Assembly: GCA_963729835.1 (NCBI GenBank)
Contig: CAVSQF010000022.1
Coordinates: 296,150 to 360,149, forward strand
DNA: 64,000 nt
Direction: 5' to 3'
From: an uncultured delta proteobacterium
GTDB lineage: Bacteria > Desulfobacterota > Binatia > HRBIN30
Shown: in pieces, positions 60,128 through 64,000 of the stretch
Layout of the letters: every line of letters begins with the position of its first letter
Position numbering within the stretch: the first letter of the stretch is position 1
Position numbers and translations under genes: made by a program
The notes under the pieces: model-generated
Told to the model about the DNA's origin: nothing
The model's database searches: none
The model's input: only the letters and a program-made list of their open reading frames with translations

Positions 60128-60562
60128 CTACGGCGCGACCACGGTGAAGCCACCGAACGTGGCAAAATCGCGCGCGTTCGTAGTCAGCACGGAGGAGATG
60201 CCTGCGCTGCGGAACGTGGTGGCCAGCATCGTGTCGAGCACGCGCTTTCGCCCGAGCTGGTGCGCGCGCATCCAGTCGAGAAACAGCCGCATCGCCTCGG
60301 CGTCCGGGGTAACCTGCTCGATCTCGGGCGCGTTCCACCAACTCTCCGCGCGATCCAATGCCTCGCCCATTGGCAGCGGCTGGGAAAACCGCTTTGCATC
60401 GGTGACCACATGGACAAACTCCGCGAGCACCTGCGGCGTGAGCGCGAAGGTGTCTCCGGCCTGGCGCAACGCCTTCAGCTTAGCGCGAGCTGCAGAATGT
60501 TCGGCGTGCTCCGCCACTTCCGCAGCCACGAGAAAGCTCGTGTCAAAACCGTGCGTCATCGA
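60128..60562 (-). CDS. vapC: PIN-domain toxin VapC
   Basis: MTHGFDTSFLVAAE (first Asp), later D and TTNARDF motif; ~144 aa. Confidence 0.8.
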   Translation of the reverse strand, partial: SMTHGFDTSFLVAAEVAEHAEHSAARAKLKALRQAGDTFALTPQVLAEFVHVVTDAKRFSQPLPMGEALDRAESWWNAPEIEQVTPDAEAMRLFLDWMRAHQLGRKRVLDTMLATTFRSAGISSVLTTNARDFATFGGFTVVAP

Positions 60563-60761
60563 GCATCTCCGCGAGCAGATCGTCCTCCGCACTCAGCGGC
60601 CGGAGAACTTCACCCAGCCGGAGCGGCGGAAGGTCCAGCGGGCTGCGCCTCACGCCGCCGGCTTGTCGCCGCCGCGCCGAGTGCACCAGGCGCTCGAGCT
60701 CCGAAAGCTCCTTCGGGCTCAATAACGGAATCGCGGCCTCGATCTCGGCCAGTGTACTCAT
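60543..60761 (-). CDS. VapB-like antitoxin (small, overlaps vapC start)
   Basis: MSTLAEIEAAIPLLSPKELSELERLVHSARRRQ...; 20-nt overlap with vapC. Confidence 0.55.
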   Translation of the reverse strand: MSTLAEIEAAIPLLSPKELSELERLVHSARRRQAGGVRRSPLDLPPLRLGEVLRPLSAEDDLLAEMLDDARF

Positions 60762-61029
60762 GGCGCAGAACGTAGCACGCGCGCGCCGCGGTCGACAAGG
60801 CAGAACAGCTGAGCTGACAGAAACGTAGGGGCGAGTGGGACGACTTGAGAGCGAGGTGCTTGTCGGAGGGCGGACAGTTGACGCTTCATCGCCCCTCAGA
60901 GCAAATCGGGCGCCCAATGCATGACGGGCAGCCCTCTATAGACATTGCAGCGACCAACCCTGTCCTGAGCCCCGTCGAAGGAGGGAGCGGACCCGCCGCA
61001 CGGACGCCGGGCGCAGCCCTCACCGTTTC

Positions 61030-61114
61030 CGCGCCGGTTGGATGTATGACTCACGGGGTCTTGGTACCATCACTGCGGCTGCTTGTGCAACGACAATGCA
61101 ACCCAGGCGAGGAC
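61030..61114. repeat. cassette-boundary repeat, copy 3
   Basis: Same boxes; shortest middle (TGTATGACTCAC). Confidence 0.8.
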
Positions 61115-61347
61115 CACGTCCTCGACTCGATACGCCCTCACCCTAAAAGGTCTTAAACAAGACGGATGAGAAATGGAAAACCCGGAAACGGGAAACTTGA
61201 AACTATACGGCGCACGTGCATTGCCGAAATTTTCCGTGGAAAACAGGGGCGATTTCGGTGCACCCCTGGGGTGGCTTTTACCGAAAAGGTGGGCGCCTTC
61301 GGCGTCTTCTCGTAGGGAATTGTTGAGCCTCACCACCGCCACCCGTG

Positions 61348-61632
61348 TTACTGGGGACGGCGCTTTGACTTCAAGCGCTGCGCGGCGGTGTGGAGGTCGG
61401 CAATGAACTCGTCGACGTTGTCGTAGGCGCGCGACAGGCCGATGCCGGCGCGGGCGCGCGCGGCCCGGCCTTCGTCTTCCTCGGCCTTGGCGCGGAAGTA
61501 GACGCGGAAAGCCTCGCGGGTGATCTCCGAGCGGCTGCGGTGCTCGGCTTTGCGGGCGCGGTCAATCTGTCGGGCCATCGGCACGGGCATCGACACGGTG
61601 AATGCGGTGCTGCTTTGTGGGTTGCGTGGCAT
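61348..61632 (-). CDS. ribbon-helix-helix (CopG/ParD-like) DNA-binding protein
   Basis: MPRNPQSSTAFTVSMPVPMARQIDRARKAEHRSRSEITREAFRVYF is an RHH beta-alpha-alpha pattern. Confidence 0.6.
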   Translation of the reverse strand: MPRNPQSSTAFTVSMPVPMARQIDRARKAEHRSRSEITREAFRVYFRAKAEEDEGRAARARAGIGLSRAYDNVDEFIADLHTAAQRLKSKRRPQ

Positions 61633-61751
61633 AGGGTATGACCTTTTATGAAAAAGGCGTATCAATCCGACTCTTCCGACCTACGTCCCTTTTGTACTCG
61701 CGGGCAAGGTCGTGCTGTTCAATCATGCTGCCGCTGGAGTAGAATGCAGAT

Positions 61752-62732
61752 GTGGTGATTCCCGTGCGCACATTATCCATCCTCATGATTGCGCTGATCC
61801 TGGCGGTACGTTCGTCAGCCGAGCCAACGACGGCAACACCGACGCCGATTCCGACTTTCAGCGAATGCAACCCATCAGCAGACGACTGCCCGGTTGGTAG
61901 TCAGTGCCTGTGCTGTTGCGGCACGTGGATATGCATGCCGCCCTATCTACCCTGCTGCGATATTGCCTGTTTGTCGTCAATACCGACGCCGACCGCGACA
62001 CCGACACCAACTCCTAGTGCATGTGATCCGCTCATAAACAACTGCCCTCTCGGAACTACCTGCGGCTGCTGTTGCGGGGCATGGGAATGTCTGCACGGTA
62101 CCGAAATCTGCTGTGAGATCGCTTGCATGTTCCCGACACCGGTTTCCACGGCGACACCGACACCAACCGAGCCCTGCAGTGGATCGCCTTGTGGTGGCAC
62201 CTGCGTAATCTGTCCGCCGTGTACACCGGGAACGATCTGTCCGTTGGCTCCATGCGAACTTGGGCACTGCGAGTTGAGCGCCGCTGGGAGTTGTGCTTGT
62301 GCCCCCGGTCTAGCAGCAACACCCACCGCGACACCCACGCTACTGCCTGGGACCTGTATCGGCGATTGTAACGGCGATGGGGCGGTGACCATCAACGAGA
62401 TCATCCTCATGCTGAACATCACGCTGGGCAACGTGTCGAGCGCTGCGTGCCCCGCTGTCCATGGGTGGTGTCCCGAGGGGTGCACCGTCAACGACCTTAT
62501 AGCGGCGGTGAACAACGCGCTGTACGGTTGCCTGGTCGGACCACCACCGACACCAACGCCCCAGTGCAGCGAGGTGCCATGCGGAGGCTCCTGTACGATA
62601 GCGCCGCCGTGCACTCCCGGTCCCAATACCGCCTGCCCAAATTCCGTTATGCTTGGCGTGTGCGGGCTGAATCCTTTGAGTGGCTGCCAATGTGAACCTG
62701 TCGAACCGGTGACGATGAGTTCAAGTACTTAG
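61752..62732 (+). CDS. secreted modular Cys-rich protein with PT linkers and dockerin-like double repeat
   Basis: Signal peptide; modules CNPSADDCPVGSQCLCCCGTWIC / CDPLINNCPLGTTCGCCCGAWEC; ATPTPT linkers; CIGDCNGDGAVTINEIILMLNITLG...[14 protein letters not shown]. Confidence 0.6.
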   Translation: MVIPVRTLSILMIALILAVRSSAEPTTATPTPIPTFSECNPSADDCPVGSQCLCCCGTWICMPPYLPCCDIACLSSIPTPTATPTPTPSACDPLINNCPLGTTCGCCCGAWECLHGTEICCEIACMFPTPVSTATPTPTEPCSGSPCGGTCVICPPCTPGTICPLAPCELGHCELSAAGSCACAPGLAATPTATPTLLPGTCIGDCNGDGAVTINEIILMLNITLGNVSSAACPAVHGWCPEGCTVNDLIAAVNNALYGCLVGPPPTPTPQCSEVPCGGSCTIAPPCTPGPNTACPNSVMLGVCGLNPLSGCQCEPVEPVTMSSST

Positions 62733-62900
62733 CGTGTCGGACCGAGTTTCGTAGCAGTCGGACAGGTCGGACGGGGCGACACAGAGCGCTCACCTTGCAC
62801 CCCATAGTTTACTACGAGAATCGGCAGTTGGCACGCGTGGTCACCGCATTTCCAGACACAGGCACTTCAGCGACCGAGATATGTAACCGGGTATCGATGC

Positions 62901-63296
62901 TCAGCCAGGGTCGGGTTGTGGGTCGCTCCAACTGTAAGAGTTGTACAAGTCGTGAATGCTCCCGTCAGTCGTCTTCTTCTCCCACATCAGCCCCGTCTGC
63001 CTGTCCGTGATCGTTCCGTTGCCGTTATCGACGAATCGTGGCGGACAGAGCGCCGCCACATTAGCCGCCACGACACTGTCCGCCGGAATCGACGGGTCCA
63101 GCGCCCGGAAACTCGGCGGCACGGGGGTGAGCCCAAGCAACGTGCGCGCTACGTAGACGACATCCGTGGCGACATCAGGCGGCGGTCCCGAGTCGTCCAC
63201 ATCGAGCGGACACGTGGACCCGGCACCGGCACTGCGAACACCGGTCAACAAGATCAAGAACGCAGCGCCAGTAAGAACTTTGAAAAACACTTTCAT
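62901..63296 (-). CDS. secreted protein with dockerin-like motif and DUF1566-like C-terminus
   Basis: Signal peptide MKVFFKVLTGAAFLILLTGVRSAGA; DVATDVVYVARTLLGL; FVDNGNGTITDRQTGLMWEKK resembles the DUF1566/Lcl signature. Confidence 0.55.
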   Translation of the reverse strand: MKVFFKVLTGAAFLILLTGVRSAGAGSTCPLDVDDSGPPPDVATDVVYVARTLLGLTPVPPSFRALDPSIPADSVVAANVAALCPPRFVDNGNGTITDRQTGLMWEKKTTDGSIHDLYNSYSWSDPQPDPG

Positions 63297-63480
63297 GGAT
63301 TCCCTCCTTGCCAGATAAAAGTTCTTGAACTAAGGCCTGCGGCAGCATGGACTGCAGCAGCGTTTCACCTCGCACGCGTGCATTCTCCGCGGTAGCAGCA
63401 GTCTCCTTCAGATTCCGACACGGGTGTTCCACACTCTGGAGCGCGACACCCGATCACCGGGTGCGCCAAAGGAGGAGACG

Positions 63481-64000
63481 ATGGGACAGCTACGCGATCA
63501 GATGGACGGTGACTTGCGGCTCAAGGGCTACCGGCCCGTGACCCGGTACCACTACTTACGGTGCGTCGGCAGCTTTGCCGCACACCACGGACGCTCGCCG
63601 GCCACATTGGGCGAAGCGGAGATTCGGGCCTTCCTGCTCTACCTCATCCACGAGCGGCAGGCCCAACCGGCCACGGTACGGATGTACGTCGCGGCGTTGA
63701 AGTTCTTGTACGTAAACACGCTGCGTCGCCCCGAAGTGGTGGCGCATATTCCTTGGCCCCAGGTCCCGCAGCGGCTGCCCGATATTCTCACCCCCGGTGA
63801 GATCACGCAGCTGTTGAGCGCCGTGCGCTCCCTCAAACACCGGGTCGTCCTGATGCTCGCCTATGGTGCCGGCTTGCGGATCAGTGAGGTGTGCTCCCTC
63901 CAGGTCGCCGACATCGACAGTCAACGCATGGTCATCCACGTGCGCGACGGCAAGGGGGGCAAGGATCGCTACGTCATGCTGGGCGACCGACTCCTGGCGG
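63481..64000 (+). CDS. tyrosine recombinase with IntI-like N-terminal domain (5' part; continues beyond window)
   Basis: RBS AAAGGAGGAG. SPATLGEAEIRAFLLYLIHERQAQPATVRMYVAALKFLY and ILTPGEITQLL...LAYGAGLRISEVCSLQVADID...VIHVRDGKGGKDRYVML align residue-for-residue in pattern with IntI1 ([39 protein letters not shown] ; VLTPDEV...[21 protein letters not shown]...IIVREGKGSKDRALML). Confidence 0.8.
   Translation, partial: MGQLRDQMDGDLRLKGYRPVTRYHYLRCVGSFAAHHGRSPATLGEAEIRAFLLYLIHERQAQPATVRMYVAALKFLYVNTLRRPEVVAHIPWPQVPQRLPDILTPGEITQLLSAVRSLKHRVVLMLAYGAGLRISEVCSLQVADIDSQRMVIHVRDGKGGKDRYVMLGDRLLA

Larger units (their letters stand above)
57026..63480. mobile_element. candidate integron-like / repeat-delimited gene-cassette array adjacent to IntI-like recombinase
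   Basis: Three conserved repeats at 2.27- and 1.74-kb spacing delimit units of defence/TA genes. A recombinase gene reads away from the array at its right end (flipped classical intI-attI-cassette layout). GC drop in the DUF262-HNH unit. Confidence 0.4.

Noticed and set aside
57026-61114. Canonical attC cores in the cassette repeats
   Set aside because: I looked for RYYYAAC at one end and GTTRRRY at the other on both strands and did not find convincing matches (closest: GTGCAAC, GTTGCAC). So I describe the array as integron-like rather than a bona fide integron.
57026-61114. CRISPR array interpretation of the three repeats
   Set aside because: Repeats are ~90-110 bp with variable internal length and kilobase-scale spacers carrying full genes; not CRISPR-like. 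No cas genes.

Overview
High-GC (~65%) bacterial chromosomal window with dense coding on both strands. Many long antisense ORFs in the six-frame track are artefacts, so real genes were picked by protein-like translation, motifs and ribosome-binding sites. My hand-refined coordinates may be off by 1-3 nt.

Main content, left to right:
- A partial tungsten aldehyde:ferredoxin oxidoreductase plus a radical-SAM gene.
- A seven-gene + strand cluster (2932-10209). It encodes a Cyc2-like fused monoheme cytochrome-porin, a BamE-like lipoprotein and a monoheme cytochrome c. These are followed by a glutamate-synthase-small-subunit-like NAD(P)H flavoprotein with Fe-S/ferredoxin domains, translationally coupled to a Rieske protein, a cytochrome b and a membrane-anchored pentaheme cytochrome c. 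This is the most interesting system. It looks like an outer-membrane Fe(II)/extracellular electron-transfer module wired to an anammox-type bc complex that carries its own NAD(P)-linked flavoprotein. That would be a possible built-in uphill or bifurcating route.
- Housekeeping genes: plsC-like, panE, class I fumarase, acnB, trxA, mscL, an aldo/keto reductase, a nitronate monooxygenase and iorB-paaK.
- A DUF1302/Ycf48-like/RND/DUF1329 envelope-transport cluster.
- Several toxin-antitoxin remnants: DUF2283, an ORF6N fragment, and an orphan brnA with a truncated brnT.
- Secreted proteins sharing a dockerin-like motif, two with CARDB repeats.
- Three interspersed repeat families.
- A terminal accessory region (57.0-63.5 kb). 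Three copies of a conserved ~90-110 bp repeat delimit cassette-like units: a low-GC GmrSD/SspE-like DUF262-HNH nuclease, DUF4160/DUF2442, vapBC and an RHH protein, followed by secreted Cys-rich proteins without intervening repeats. They sit next to an IntI-like tyrosine recombinase truncated by the window end. This is a candidate non-canonical integron-like array.

At least five genes carry single-base frameshifts, one in a G homopolymer. This suggests assembly indel errors rather than true pseudogenes. No rRNA, tRNA or CRISPR array was recognised.
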